Source: an uncultured Nitrospiraceae bacterium
Lineage (GTDB): Bacteria; Nitrospirota; Nitrospiria; Nitrospirales; Nitrospiraceae
Reading direction: 5' to 3'
Length of the DNA: 64,000 nucleotides
Assembly (NCBI GenBank): GCA_963846575.1
Contig: CAWJWJ010000002.1
Span: 768,001 to 832,000 of the forward strand
In this document: piece after piece, positions 19,821 through 30,518 of the stretch
Position numbering within the stretch: position 1 is the stretch's first letter
How the letters are laid out: the number at the start of each line of letters is the position of its first letter
The notes under the pieces: generated by a model
Databases searched by the model: none
Told to the model about the DNA's origin: nothing
The model's input: only the letters and a program-made list of their open reading frames with translations
Made by a program: the position numbers and the translations under genes

Positions 19821-21116
19821 ATGACGTATTCCGAGACGGTGCAGTTTCTCTTCGGCCTGCAGCAGCACGGTATCAAACTGGGGTTGGAGACGATCCGCGC
19901 CTTACTCACCAGAGTGGGGGATCCGCAACGCCGATATCCGGTTCTCCACATCGGCGGGACAAACGGCAAGGGCTCGACTGCGGCGATGGTCGCGTCCATG
20001 CTACAGGCCGCGGGCCATCGGGTGGGCCTCTACACGTCGCCGCATCTCATCGATTTTCGTGAACGCATCAGGATTAACGGCGTGATGGTTTCCGAGGAGA
20101 AAGTGACCGCGCTGGTGGAAACCTTGCAGGCTGCCGCCGCTCCAGACCTTGCCCCGACTTTTTTTGAATTCACCACCGCGCTGGCCTTTCTGTACTTCTC
20201 CGAGTGCGGGGTAAATGCGGCGGTGCTCGAAGTGGGTTTGGGCGGGCGGTTTGATGCGACCAATGTGGTAGAGCCGCTGGCGACGGCCATTACGACGATA
20301 GGCTTAGACCACGAAGCCTACCTCGGTTCGACGTTAGAGGCGATTGCCGGCGAAAAGGCCGGGATCGTCAAGGGTGCGGTGCCTTTGGTGATGGGTCGCA
20401 TCGACCAGCCGGCTCGGGGAGTGATCGAAGAACGGGCTTCGGCAGCGGCAGCCGCTGTCTACGCGCTGAATCGTGACTTTCGCTGCAGCGGATCCTCTAC
20501 GGCTGACTGCCATTATGCGGGGATGATGGTGCAGTATGACCATTTGTGCTGTTCGCTGCCGGGACAATTCCAATTGGACAACCTCGCCTGCGCCCTCGCG
20601 TTGATCGAGCTGGCGCAAGCGCGAGGTTTGGCGATGTCGGAGGCAGCGGTTCGAGCCGGGCTTCAGCATGTTGCCTGGGAAGGCCGGATGGAAATGGTCG
20701 GAGAGGCTCCCGCCGTCCTCGTGGATGGCGCGCACAACCCCGCGGCAGCCTCCGTCCTGGCCGAATATCTCAGTGCCTGGCGGCATGAGAGACCGGCGGC
20801 GCGGATACACCTGGTCCTCGGTATGATGCGGGACAAACGGCCCCGTGAGTTTCTCGTTCCATTGCTGCCTCTGATCGACAGCGTGATCCTGACGCAAGCA
20901 GATTTGCCGAGAGCGTCCTCCGGCTCGGATCTGCGTGCCCTGTTGCAGGACTGTGCGCCGGCTGCTTCTGTGGCCGCCACGCCGGCCGATGCGTTGGCCT
21001 GCGCAAAACGCTCAGCCGCCCCTATCGACCTCATTTGCGTCACCGGCTCATTGATGCTGGTCGGCGAAATCAAGGCTCTCCTTCGAGGGTGCTCCCTCTC
21101 ACCTATTCGTGGTTGA
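19821..21116 (+). CDS. folC: Folylpolyglutamate/dihydrofolate synthase
   Basis: GTNGKGS, YTSPHL, EVGLGGRFDATN, DGAHNP. Confidence 0.95.
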   Translation: MTYSETVQFLFGLQQHGIKLGLETIRALLTRVGDPQRRYPVLHIGGTNGKGSTAAMVASMLQAAGHRVGLYTSPHLIDFRERIRINGVMVSEEKVTALVETLQAAAAPDLAPTFFEFTTALAFLYFSECGVNAAVLEVGLGGRFDATNVVEPLATAITTIGLDHEAYLGSTLEAIAGEKAGIVKGAVPLVMGRIDQPARGVIEERASAAAAAVYALNRDFRCSGSSTADCHYAGMMVQYDHLCCSLPGQFQLDNLACALALIELAQARGLAMSEAAVRAGLQHVAWEGRMEMVGEAPAVLVDGAHNPAAASVLAEYLSAWRHERPAARIHLVLGMMRDKRPREFLVPLLPLIDSVILTQADLPRASSGSDLRALLQDCAPAASVAATPADALACAKRSAAPIDLICVTGSLMLVGEIKALLRGCSLSPIRG

Positions 21117-23601
21117 GATGGGGCCAGACCGCTACTCGACGTCGGAAACCTGTCGGGACATCGTTCGCCAGACATTAGTTCTTGTTTGCCCGGCCCTCTT
21201 CTTCCTCGCATGGCTCAGTGGAGTTGCCTGGGCACAATCGACGGTCACCACGCCATCGCCGACGAATCAACCGCTCACGATCACCGCCGAGCGGATCGAT
21301 CAGCTTCAGGAGCAAGATGTTTACGAGGCGGATGGGTCTGTGGTGGTCACGCAGGGTCCGCTTCGTCTCACTGCCGATCATGTGACGATTAATGCGTTGC
21401 CGGGTACGCTGGTGGCGACCGGGCATGTCCACCTCAAGGATCCCAATTCAGAATTGAGCTCGGAGCGTCTGGAGTTGAATGTGAACACCGAGGCGGGGAT
21501 CGTTACGCATGGAACAATGTATCTTCGGGCGAGTAATTCGTTTTTCACAGGACGGATCATCAGGCGTTTATCCGAAGATCATTACCGGATCAAGGACGGG
21601 ACCTTCACCAACTGCGACGCCAAGGACGGCGAGATCCCGGACTGGCGGTTCAAATTCCAGGATCTCGACGTGAATACGGGCGAGAGCATCGGGATGAAGC
21701 GGGCATGGCTCTGCATGCGCGACACGCCGATTATTCCGGTGCCCACTTTGACCTACCCGCTCGACATGCGTCATAGCGGGTTTCTCATCCCCACCCCCAG
21801 CTATGACAACCGGTTCGGTCTCGGTTACCAACAGGGTTATTTCTGGGCGATCAATCCAAGCCAGGATCTGACGATTTCACCCTCGTACCATTCGAATCTC
21901 GGTTATGGGAGCGATTTCCTGTATCGCTATTATCTAGATCGGCGCTCGCGGGGCCAGTGGTTTGCAAGTTTTCTTCAGCAGACGCAATTGCCGAACGTCT
22001 CTGGGGTGGATCAGACCAGTACGGACGATCGGCGCCTGCGAGGCTTGATCAGCGGTCAGCATGTGCAGCAGGTGACGGATACCCTCTTAATCCGAGGGCA
22101 GGTCTCCGTCGTGTCGGATCGGCAATACCTGCAACAATTGAGCAATTCCGGGACGCAACGGGCATCGCCGAGCGGCGCATCGACCCTACTGGCAACGCAG
22201 CGGCTGCCCTATGGAAGTGCGTATTTTCTGGGTCAGTATCTCCAACCCTTGAACTCCGGTGGTCCCGACACCTTCCAACGGTTTCCAGAGGTCGGGTACG
22301 TGCTGCCCAATACCTCTCCCTTCGGACTGCCGTTGTTGCTGAATGTAGACAGCAACTTCGTGAATTTTTATCGTGAACAGGGTTTCACGGTGAACCGTAT
22401 GGATTTCAGTCCCGGGATTACCACGGAGGTGGTGGACATCGGCCATGTGATCGGGATCACCCCGCACTTTAAGTTCAAGGAGCTGTACTACACCCGCGGT
22501 ATCACGGAAACCAATCCGCTGCATCGAGAGACCTTTTGGGGCGCCGTCGACGCGACATCGAAACTGGCCCGTCGGTATAACGGGAGCGAAGGCGGAAGTC
22601 TTCTGCATACCATTGAGCCGAGCGTGATCTATGAATATGTGCCGGGGACCGACCAATCCAACATCGCGCAGATCGATCAGGTGGACGATATCCCCAAGAA
22701 GAACTTGTTGACCTATTCGCTCCGGACCAAATTCCTGGAACAGCAGCTGAACGGGCAGACCTTCAACTGGCTGGATCTGACCGTGGCGCAGAGTTATCAT
22801 CTCGGCGCGGTGCAGACGCGGGCACGGGACTTCACCCCCGGTGTGTTGCCATTTTTCGGGTCGCTGACGCAGCCGTTGCAGCCCGCGACGGTGGAGATAC
22901 AAGGGCGGAAAATGTCCGACATTTGGATCAGGGGCGTCATCGGAAACACAGCGCCGGAATTTTTCCGACCTCCCAATCTCAGCGATACGCTCGGACAAAA
23001 CGTGATCGGCGGACAGATCCTGCCGCCCACCAATTCCTACGTCACTGTGGATGCGTTCCTGGATCCCTACCGTGGAACATTCAGCCAATGGAATACCGAC
23101 CTTCGGGTGCAACAATCCAATTATTGGTATGCTGAGATAGGGCAGCGATATAGCCGCGATGGTAACCGCGTCAGACGCGGCGACATTTGGAATCCCATCT
23201 CCTTTAATGAAGTGTATGCTCCCACAAATGAAATTCAGTTCGTCACTGCGGGCGGAGGATTTCGAACGCCCTGGGGTTGGACCTTCGGCGCCAAAGGCTA
23301 CTACGATGTAAAAGGCGGGCGGAGTCCTGAATGGGATGTGGTGGCGCTTTACCAGAACCCTTGCAAGTGCTGGTCGCTTGGGTTGTATTATCTGCAGTTC
23401 CCGGATCGTCAAAGTTACTCTTTCATGCTGAGTATGACGGGTATCGGATGGACTGAGAACTTCGGCACGATTGTCGCCCGGACGGTGCTGGGTCCTTTGC
23501 TGGTCGGGGATCGTGGGTTGCCGTGGGCCGCGCCTGGTGGGCCCTATGGCCGATCTCAGAACCCTCTTCCTCTACAGTCGATGCCGATGGGTCGATACTG
23601 A
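21109..23601 (+). CDS. lptD: LPS assembly outer-membrane protein
   Basis: OstA-like N-domain, GTFTNC, SGFLIP, YFWAINPSQD, C-terminal CKCW; start uncertain. Confidence 0.85.
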   Translation: MVEMGPDRYSTSETCRDIVRQTLVLVCPALFFLAWLSGVAWAQSTVTTPSPTNQPLTITAERIDQLQEQDVYEADGSVVVTQGPLRLTADHVTINALPGTLVATGHVHLKDPNSELSSERLELNVNTEAGIVTHGTMYLRASNSFFTGRIIRRLSEDHYRIKDGTFTNCDAKDGEIPDWRFKFQDLDVNTGESIGMKRAWLCMRDTPIIPVPTLTYPLDMRHSGFLIPTPSYDNRFGLGYQQGYFWAINPSQDLTISPSYHSNLGYGSDFLYRYYLDRRSRGQWFASFLQQTQLPNVSGVDQTSTDDRRLRGLISGQHVQQVTDTLLIRGQVSVVSDRQYLQQLSNSGTQRASPSGASTLLATQRLPYGSAYFLGQYLQPLNSGGPDTFQRFPEVGYVLPNTSPFGLPLLLNVDSNFVNFYREQGFTVNRMDFSPGITTEVVDIGHVIGITPHFKFKELYYTRGITETNPLHRETFWGAVDATSKLARRYNGSEGGSLLHTIEPSVIYEYVPGTDQSNIAQIDQVDDIPKKNLLTYSLRTKFLEQQLNGQTFNWLDLTVAQSYHLGAVQTRARDFTPGVLPFFGSLTQPLQPATVEIQGRKMSDIWIRGVIGNTAPEFFRPPNLSDTLGQNVIGGQILPPTNSYVTVDAFLDPYRGTFSQWNTDLRVQQSNYWYAEIGQRYSRDGNRVRRGDIWNPISFNEVYAPTNEIQFVTAGGGFRTPWGWTFGAKGYYDVKGGRSPEWDVVALYQNPCKCWSLGLYYLQFPDRQSYSFMLSMTGIGWTENFGTIVARTVLGPLLVGDRGLPWAAPGGPYGRSQNPLPLQSMPMGRY

Positions 23602-23677
23602 TCGCGACCGATGAACTTGAATGGGGCGGCCCCTTCTTGACACTACAGTAAGATTTGAGCAGGTGGGTGAGGCGGAA

Positions 23678-24205
23678 TTGAATACGATTCTTTTAGTAGC
23701 CGGAATGTTGGTCGGGATGATGACCCAGCTTGCCTTCCCGCTGATTGTACAGTCGGCCGAACGCCAGACCCATCTGCAACGGGCGGCAGTGTTTCTGAAG
23801 GCGGCCGACTATCGACAGGCGGTGGAGTCATGTCAGGCTGCCGTTCGAGAGTCTCCCTCGCCCCAAAGTTACGTCTACCTGACGTATGTGTATCACGCGC
23901 TCAATGGGTATCTGGAGCATCTGGCGGCCACCGACCAGTGGGTTCGCGTGGAACAGCTCTACTTGAATCTGGCCGCAGGTCGAGTGGAAGACCTCGTCGA
24001 CCCGCCGGATGTACTGGCGCGTATTGCCAAGGAACTCATTCAGCAGGCTGTGCAGCGTCAGGCTGACGTGGCGGCTGCCATGGCCGATCGACTTGACGAG
24101 GCACTCGTGAAACGTCTCTGGATGGTGCAGGCGGCATGGCGGCAAGCGCGGCCTGCCGACTGGTGGACGGGTGTTCCGCCTGAGTGGCTCTCGAATGGCT
24201 CGTGA
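23678..24205 (+). CDS. Secreted helical (TPR-like) hypothetical protein
   Basis: Signal-like N-terminus, ADYRQAVESCQAAV; start uncertain. Confidence 0.6.
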   Translation: MNTILLVAGMLVGMMTQLAFPLIVQSAERQTHLQRAAVFLKAADYRQAVESCQAAVRESPSPQSYVYLTYVYHALNGYLEHLAATDQWVRVEQLYLNLAAGRVEDLVDPPDVLARIAKELIQQAVQRQADVAAAMADRLDEALVKRLWMVQAAWRQARPADWWTGVPPEWLSNGS

Positions 24206-24304
24206 TTTGACTCTCCGCGAAACCCTGTTATAGGATGACCGAACGATCCCGGTACGGATCAAGATTTGTATCATGCGTGTGAATTGCGAGAAGGAGGGGG
24301 CACT

Positions 24305-24652
24305 GTGGCAGGCGATGCATTGAAAGCGACTGATGCGACATGGGACGAGGATGTCATGAAGGCATCCGAATTAGTCATGGTAGATTTTTGGGCAGTTTGG
24401 TGCGGGCCCTGCCAGATGGTTGCTCCCATTGTCGATGAATTGGCGACGGAATATGCAGGTAAGATCAAGGTCCGTAAACTCAATACCGATGAGAATCCAG
24501 AAATCGCCGGCCGTTACCAAGTGATGAGCATTCCCACCATTCTGTTCTTCAAGAATGGTCAAGCGGTCGAGCGATTGGTGGGCGCCAGGCCGAAGCGCCA
24601 GTTTAAAGAAATCATCGATTCACTCCTGACTCAACATTCTGGCGCTGCCTAG
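24305..24652 (+). CDS. trxA: Thioredoxin
   Basis: DFWAVWCGPC, SIPT; AGGAGG SD before GTG. Confidence 0.95.
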   Translation: MAGDALKATDATWDEDVMKASELVMVDFWAVWCGPCQMVAPIVDELATEYAGKIKVRKLNTDENPEIAGRYQVMSIPTILFFKNGQAVERLVGARPKRQFKEIIDSLLTQHSGAA

Positions 24653-24670
24653 CGTCCGACTCTCAGCGGC

Positions 24671-26368
24671 ATGCTGACCGAGCTGCGAATCTCGAATTTC
24701 GGCGTGATCGAGCAGCTGGCTGTACGCTTTGGCTCCGGTTTTATCGTCTTTACCGGTGAAACCGGAGCCGGCAAATCACTTCTTATTGATGCGGTCACGC
24801 TTTTAGTGGGAGGCCGCGCGTCTACCGATCATATCCGCGCCCAGGCCGAAGAAGCCGAGCTTGAAGCGGCCTTCGTTTTATCGGTCGGGCATCCTCTCCT
24901 TAATACCCTCCGGGCCCAGGGATTCTCCCGTCCTGGCGAGTCTGAAATTCTCATCCGCCGGGTCATCTCCCGTACGGGCCGAAATCGCACGTACCTGAAT
25001 GGCAGCTTTTGCCCGGTCCACCTTCTGGAGGAATTAGGGGGGGCATTGGTTGATGTCCACGGCCAACATGAGCAACAGTCGCTGCTGTCGTCATCCGCTC
25101 AGTTAGAGTCGCTGGACAGCTTTGGACGGCTGCAGTCGCTTCGGCGGGACTACCACACCGCCTACAAGACCTGGCGGGAGCGGATGGCCGAACTTGAGGC
25201 CGTCACCGCGCAGATTAACCAGCGTCGAGAACGGGAAGATTTATTACGGTTCCAGTTTCAGGAGATTGCGGAGGTCGGTGTGGATGCAGGGGAAGTGGCC
25301 CGGCTTGAACAGGAACGCCCGCGTCTCATGCACGGGCAGCAGCTGGGTGAACTTTCGGAGGAACTGCATGAGTTGCTGTATGGGGGTGATCAGGGGGTTC
25401 TAAGCCTGCTGACTTATGCTCGCAAGGTTATCTCCAAGATGGAGGCGGTCGATGTCACAACCGCCGGCTGGGGCAGCATCGTGGACGACGCCGTGATTCC
25501 CCTACGGGATTTGGCTGAACAGGTTAGGCAGTATCGTGATCGGGTGGATGCGAACCCTGAACGATTAATGGAGATCGAACAACGCCTCGACCGGCTTCAC
25601 CGTCTGACGAAGAAGTACGGCGGATCAGTGGAAGCCATGCTGGCACTGCAAGAGTCCCTGCGCGCTCAGCTCGCCCAATTAGACACCGCGGAGACGCGCC
25701 TGCATGTACTGACCCAAGCCGTGGAAGATGACGGGCGCTGTGTATATGACCTCGCCGATCGGCTTTCGCGCAAACGAATCGAAGCCGCGAAGAAGCTCAC
25801 CACTCAAGCGACTCAAGAGTTGGCCGCCTTGCGCATGGAGCGCACGCGTTTCACTGTTCAGGTGTCTCCCCTTTCCGGCGAGGTGGGATGCGGGCAGACA
25901 GGGCGGGACGCTGTGGAATTTCTGTTTTCGGCAAATCCTGGTGAGCCGCTCAAGCCACTGGCCCGGGTGGCTTCGGGGGGAGAATTGTCCCGGGTGATGT
26001 TGGCGCTCAAGACGATTTTGGCCGACAGTGATCAGGTGCCCGTTCTTATTTTCGATGAGGTGGACGCTGGGGTCGGCGGAGCAGTGGCCGAGGTGATGGG
26101 TGCCCGGCTTCGGGATCTTGGCCGACACCATCAAGTCTTCTGTGTGACCCATCTCCCTCAGGTGGGATCACAAGCGCATGCACACTACCTGGTCGAAAAA
26201 GAGGTTCGACAAGAACGCACGGTCACGCAAGTGCGGCTGCTGAAGCCGAAAGAGCGGGAGGCAGAGGTGGCGCGGATGCTAGCTGGGGTGACGGTGACCA
26301 AGCGCGCGCTTGCTGCAGCGGCTGAACTGATTGGAAACGTGAAGGACCGGCCGCGGCCATCGGCCTAA
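24671..26368 (+). CDS. recN: DNA repair protein RecN
   Basis: GETGAGKS, HGQHEQQ, ASGGELSR, FDEVDAG, VTHLPQ. Confidence 0.96.
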   Translation: MLTELRISNFGVIEQLAVRFGSGFIVFTGETGAGKSLLIDAVTLLVGGRASTDHIRAQAEEAELEAAFVLSVGHPLLNTLRAQGFSRPGESEILIRRVISRTGRNRTYLNGSFCPVHLLEELGGALVDVHGQHEQQSLLSSSAQLESLDSFGRLQSLRRDYHTAYKTWRERMAELEAVTAQINQRREREDLLRFQFQEIAEVGVDAGEVARLEQERPRLMHGQQLGELSEELHELLYGGDQGVLSLLTYARKVISKMEAVDVTTAGWGSIVDDAVIPLRDLAEQVRQYRDRVDANPERLMEIEQRLDRLHRLTKKYGGSVEAMLALQESLRAQLAQLDTAETRLHVLTQAVEDDGRCVYDLADRLSRKRIEAAKKLTTQATQELAALRMERTRFTVQVSPLSGEVGCGQTGRDAVEFLFSANPGEPLKPLARVASGGELSRVMLALKTILADSDQVPVLIFDEVDAGVGGAVAEVMGARLRDLGRHHQVFCVTHLPQVGSQAHAHYLVEKEVRQERTVTQVRLLKPKEREAEVARMLAGVTVTKRALAAAAELIGNVKDRPRPSA

Positions 26369-27507
26369 TCGTTAGGCGATGTTTTGGCAATCGCGAGGGC
26401 AGGCAAGGAGGATTTGCATTCCCGCACGACCCGCGAGAACAGTTCCGTCAGTTTGGGGTCAAAGCTGGCATCCGCCTGGAGCGCAATCTGGTGAACGGCA
26501 TCATCGATGGACAAAGGAACGTGCCCGGGCATGTCGACGGTGAGATTGTCGAAGGCCTGTGCGATGGCAACGATGCGCGCCAGCAGCGGGATGCCGGCCC
26601 CCTGCAGTCCATGGGGATTGCCCACACCGTCAAAACGTTCATGGTGATAGGCTACAATTTGCCCCACCTCGGCTTGGAAGCCCAGCGGTAAGAGCATGCG
26701 CGCGCCGGCCTCAGAATACTCCCTGCCGTACGCGCTATTTCCGACGCAATCGTCTTCATTCGCGGAGTACTTGTAATTGAACAGGCTGACTTTCCCGATG
26801 TCGTGGAGAAACGCTCCGAGGGCCAGCGCTTTCTGCTCGGGGAGGGGGAGAGTCATCTGGTTGGCGAGGAGCGACGCATAAAAACTGACTCGGCTGCAAT
26901 GATTCAATAATTGACGATCCTTGGCTTCAAGAAGGTCGGATAACAATGGGATCAAAGCGGTTACGTCGACTATCCCCCTGGCTACCTCGGGAGAAGACTT
27001 GCCGATGGCAAAATATTGTGATTGAAGGTCTTTCCAGGCTTGTGCCGCTTCGTGTTCGGTACCCCACAGGGCCGTCGAATTTTTAAGGAAGGACCGTAAA
27101 TAGTCCAGGCGCTGTTTTTTCTCCAGCGTTTGATTTATCAGCGTGATGAGCTCGGTGACATTGAACGGCTTGAGCAAGTATCCAGCGGCTCCGAACCGAA
27201 TCCCTTCCATGGCCGATTTCAAGCTGCCATAGCCGGTAATGATGATGACTTCAATGTCTGCGTAGTCCTGCTTAATGTCTTGCAGAAGATCGATTCCCTG
27301 ACGGTCGGGTAATTTTTGATCGAGTGTGATGAGATCGATGCGCCGCTCTTTCAGGACTTGCAGAGCGGATTTGGCATTGTCGGCTGAGTGGATTGTGAAA
27401 AAGGGTCGAAGAATAACCTTGAGAGCGTCTCGGGGACCTGTTTCGTCATCGACGACGAGCACAGACGGTTTCTCGCTTGCATGTTCGGCTTCGGTGTGAT
27501 TCCCCAT
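26365..27507 (-). CDS. Response regulator with degenerate HD-GYP-like domain
   Basis: REC (VVDDE, LDQKLP, KPF); LHDIGK, HHERFDGVGNP. Confidence 0.88.
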   Translation of the reverse strand: MGNHTEAEHASEKPSVLVVDDETGPRDALKVILRPFFTIHSADNAKSALQVLKERRIDLITLDQKLPDRQGIDLLQDIKQDYADIEVIIITGYGSLKSAMEGIRFGAAGYLLKPFNVTELITLINQTLEKKQRLDYLRSFLKNSTALWGTEHEAAQAWKDLQSQYFAIGKSSPEVARGIVDVTALIPLLSDLLEAKDRQLLNHCSRVSFYASLLANQMTLPLPEQKALALGAFLHDIGKVSLFNYKYSANEDDCVGNSAYGREYSEAGARMLLPLGFQAEVGQIVAYHHERFDGVGNPHGLQGAGIPLLARIVAIAQAFDNLTVDMPGHVPLSIDDAVHQIALQADASFDPKLTELFSRVVRECKSSLPALAIAKTSPND

Positions 27508-27555
27508 TCAGACCGCTCCTCCTCGGGTGCAGTGCAACCTCAGGGTAAATGAACC

Positions 27556-27570
27556 GCAAGATACATACCG
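27556..27570 (-). promoter_or_regulatory. Candidate sigma54 -24/-12 promoter CGGTATGTATCTTGC
   Basis: GG-N10-GC spacing with TTGC, about 50 nt upstream of the 27507 ATG. Confidence 0.55.
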
Positions 27571-27718
27571 GCCATGTCCCCACCTTTTACGGCCAATATA
27601 TAGCAGGTCCACATCATTCCAGCCACAAGATATTTCGAGATTGCCCCTGGTTTGGTTTCCGGTGCTCACCCTGTGAACGAAATGAGACAGTGGTCAGGCC
27701 ATTCCCATCTCATCTGTG

Positions 27719-29131
27719 TCATTCTTGCGTCACTGGAGGCTCAGCCGGTGGGCCATTATCCGGTCTGCTGATGCCTAAGGTGTCCATGCGGTATTTCAAC
27801 ATGCGCCGGCTGATGCCCAGCATGGTGGCCGCATGTGTTTGTACGTATGTGGTTCGTTTAAGAGCATCCAGGATGATTTCACGCTCAAATTCCATCACGG
27901 CCTTCTCAAGAGACATCCGTCCGGCCAGCGTGTCGTCTCGGAGAGAGGATGAGCGCGTATCAGCTCGCAAGATCGTCGGCAGATGCTCGGGTAAAATCAC
28001 CGGAGAGCCTTTCGACCAGATGAACGCTTGTTCGATTATGTTTTCCATCTCCCGCACGTTGCCGGGCCACGCATAGTGTGAGATCAGTTCCAACGATTCT
28101 TTGGTAAATTCCTGCGCGGGTCGTTTTTCTTCCTCGATGCGTCTGGCAAGAAAGTGTTTGGCGAGCAGCGAGACGTCCTCGCCCCGCTCACGTAGCGGCG
28201 GCAGATAGAGCGCAATGACGTTAATGCGGTAATACAGATCCTCTCGGAAGAGACCTTTTCGAACCTGCTCGTCGAGATTTTTGTTGGTGGCGGCAACGAT
28301 TCGGACATCCACTTTAATCGACTGTACCCCTCCAACTCGAGTGAACTCGCGCTCTTGCAGGACACGCAGGAGTTTGGCTTGGGTTGCCGCACTCAGGTCG
28401 CCGATTTCATCCAGAAATAGTGTGCCTGTATGCGCAAGCTCGAACTGTCCCACACGCCGCGCCGTGGCGTCGGTGAAAGAACCTTTCTCATGACCGAATA
28501 ATTCGCTTTCAATCAGGGTTTCCGGCAGCGCTGCGCAGTTGAGAGCCACAAACGGACGCTCCCGTCGCGCACTGTTGTAATGGATAGCCTTTGCTACCAG
28601 TTCTTTTCCCGTGCCGCTTTCGCCCGTGACCAGGACGGTCGTGCGGCTGTCCGCGACCTGCTCGATCTTGGCGTAGATTTCTTGCATGGACTGACTTTTG
28701 CCGATGAGATTGTGAAAGGCATATCGCTGCACCACCTGTGCACGTAATTGTCGCACTTCCTGTTCCAGTTCCTGTTTGCCTAGGGCGCGCTCGATGACGA
28801 TTTGCAACTCTTCCACGTCGAACGGCTTGGAGAGATAATCGGCTGCCCCCATCTTCATGGCATCGACAGCCGTTTTTACTGATTTCGTTCCGGTCAGCAT
28901 AATAACGGGGACGGCGTGACCTTCAGTGCGCATCGTCTGGAGAACCGCGAGACCGTCTGTTCCAGGCAGGATTACATCCAGCAGAACCAGGTCTGGGGAT
29001 TCGCGTTTGAACAACTGAAGACCCTCGGCGGCGTCCGCCGCTTCAAGAATTTCATAGGACGGTTCCAAGACCGCCTTTAACGATGCTCGAACTCGTGGTT
29101 CGTCATCGACTAGCAGTACCCGTTTCTTCAT
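27719..29131 (-). CDS. NtrC-family sigma54-dependent response regulator
   Basis: REC, GESGTGKE, GSFTDA, FLDEIG, WPGNVRE, Fis-type HTH. Confidence 0.95.
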   Translation of the reverse strand: MKKRVLLVDDEPRVRASLKAVLEPSYEILEAADAAEGLQLFKRESPDLVLLDVILPGTDGLAVLQTMRTEGHAVPVIMLTGTKSVKTAVDAMKMGAADYLSKPFDVEELQIVIERALGKQELEQEVRQLRAQVVQRYAFHNLIGKSQSMQEIYAKIEQVADSRTTVLVTGESGTGKELVAKAIHYNSARRERPFVALNCAALPETLIESELFGHEKGSFTDATARRVGQFELAHTGTLFLDEIGDLSAATQAKLLRVLQEREFTRVGGVQSIKVDVRIVAATNKNLDEQVRKGLFREDLYYRINVIALYLPPLRERGEDVSLLAKHFLARRIEEEKRPAQEFTKESLELISHYAWPGNVREMENIIEQAFIWSKGSPVILPEHLPTILRADTRSSSLRDDTLAGRMSLEKAVMEFEREIILDALKRTTYVQTHAATMLGISRRMLKYRMDTLGISRPDNGPPAEPPVTQE

Positions 29132-29132
29132 G

Positions 29133-30413
29133 TTACTCCCGTGCTGCTGAGACTATGGTACGTATACCTGGTGCAGGCAAATTGACGGAAAACGCGGAAC
29201 CTATACCAACCTGACTCTCGACCAACAACTTACCTCCATGATCATGGACGATCTGATGAGCGGTGGTGAGTCCAAGACCTGATCCGTCACTAGCGCTGTT
29301 GGAGTGTTTGGTGGTGAAAAATGGATCGAAAATATGTTCCAGATTTTCAGGCGCGATGCCGCATCCTTCATCCTCGACCCGCAGTTGCACCCAGGAAGTG
29401 CCGTCTGTCTGGGTGAGGCAACGGGTCTGAACACAAACCACTCCGTGACCCTGCGGCATCGCATCCAGTGCGTTCAAAAGCAGATTGAGGAGAACCTGTT
29501 TGAATTGTTGCCGGTCGAGCAAAAGAAGCGGCAGGTCAGGCGTCAGGGCGGTGCGTAGGCGGGTGCCCCGCTGTGACGCGGCGGCCGATACGAAACAGAG
29601 GCAGGAGGTGATGAGTTCATTCAAATCCACATCGGTGGGTTGCGGCGTCATGTAACTGGCGTAGTCAAGAATCTCATGCAGCAGGCGTTCGATGCGATGA
29701 ACGTCCTCAATGGCCAGTTGACTAAATTCTTTTATGAAAACGGGGTCCTGCTGACGTTGCGGAGCCAGCTGGATGAAGGTCTTTATCGACGTCAGAGGGT
29801 TGCGAATTTCATGAGCGAATCCGCCCGCCATAATTTCCAGAGAACGCAGACGATCGGTTCGTCTCATCAGCAGAGAGGACCGCCGCAGATCCTCCTGCGC
29901 CATATGATGCTCCAGGGTGCTGCAGGCGATGTGCGCAATTGTTTCAGCGGCCGAGATGTCGAATTCGCTCACGTGAAGGTCCCTACTGAACGGGCCCAGG
30001 ACACAGAGTGCCAGGAGCCCTTTGTCTGAACGCAGCGGAATACAGAGCGCCGCCCCCAAGGCTCTTAGTGCGGCTTCAGCAGGTGAGGCCTGCTGAGGTT
30101 TGTATCGCAGCATCCGTACGCTTTCGCCGAGGCATTGGATGAGGGGATGATCACTCGACAGCGTACCAACGACGGATGGGCGATTCTGCCCAAGTGATGC
30201 GAGGAGACTGTATTGTCGCGAGTCGACCGATCGGAGCCAGATGCTCCCTTCTGCGAGACCAAATTGTTGTGAAAGGGTGGTGAGAATGTCTTCTCCGAGG
30301 CGAGGGAGATCCTTCGCACGCCCCGCAGCTTCGGCAAAGGCACCGATCATTACGACCAGCTTCTCGGAATGTAATGGGCTAACGGCGTGCGGGTTATGCT
30401 CGTCGCATGTCAT
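29133..30413 (-). CDS. GAF-like domain sensor histidine kinase (cytoplasmic)
   Basis: AHEIRNPL, NLLLNA, DEGCGI, FDPFFTTK, GSGLGL. Confidence 0.92.
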   Translation of the reverse strand: MTCDEHNPHAVSPLHSEKLVVMIGAFAEAAGRAKDLPRLGEDILTTLSQQFGLAEGSIWLRSVDSRQYSLLASLGQNRPSVVGTLSSDHPLIQCLGESVRMLRYKPQQASPAEAALRALGAALCIPLRSDKGLLALCVLGPFSRDLHVSEFDISAAETIAHIACSTLEHHMAQEDLRRSSLLMRRTDRLRSLEIMAGGFAHEIRNPLTSIKTFIQLAPQRQQDPVFIKEFSQLAIEDVHRIERLLHEILDYASYMTPQPTDVDLNELITSCLCFVSAAASQRGTRLRTALTPDLPLLLLDRQQFKQVLLNLLLNALDAMPQGHGVVCVQTRCLTQTDGTSWVQLRVEDEGCGIAPENLEHIFDPFFTTKHSNSASDGSGLGLTTAHQIVHDHGGKLLVESQVGIGSAFSVNLPAPGIRTIVSAARE

Positions 30414-30518
30414 GGTCGTGCGCAGAAAACGTCAGGCTAGTCACAATTGTAGCGCTGGCATCTACCGACAGGCGCCGGTCTTGTGCTAGTAACGGCAGTA
30501 TATATGCGAGCTTTTTTT

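Noticed and set aside
22186..23412. 408-aa antisense ORF inside lptD
   Set aside because: Shadow ORF typical of GC-rich coding DNA; no motifs
30493..30507. Plus-strand GG-N10-GC (CGGCAGTATATATGC)
   Set aside because: Points antisense into the large gene with no downstream sense ORF; likely chance
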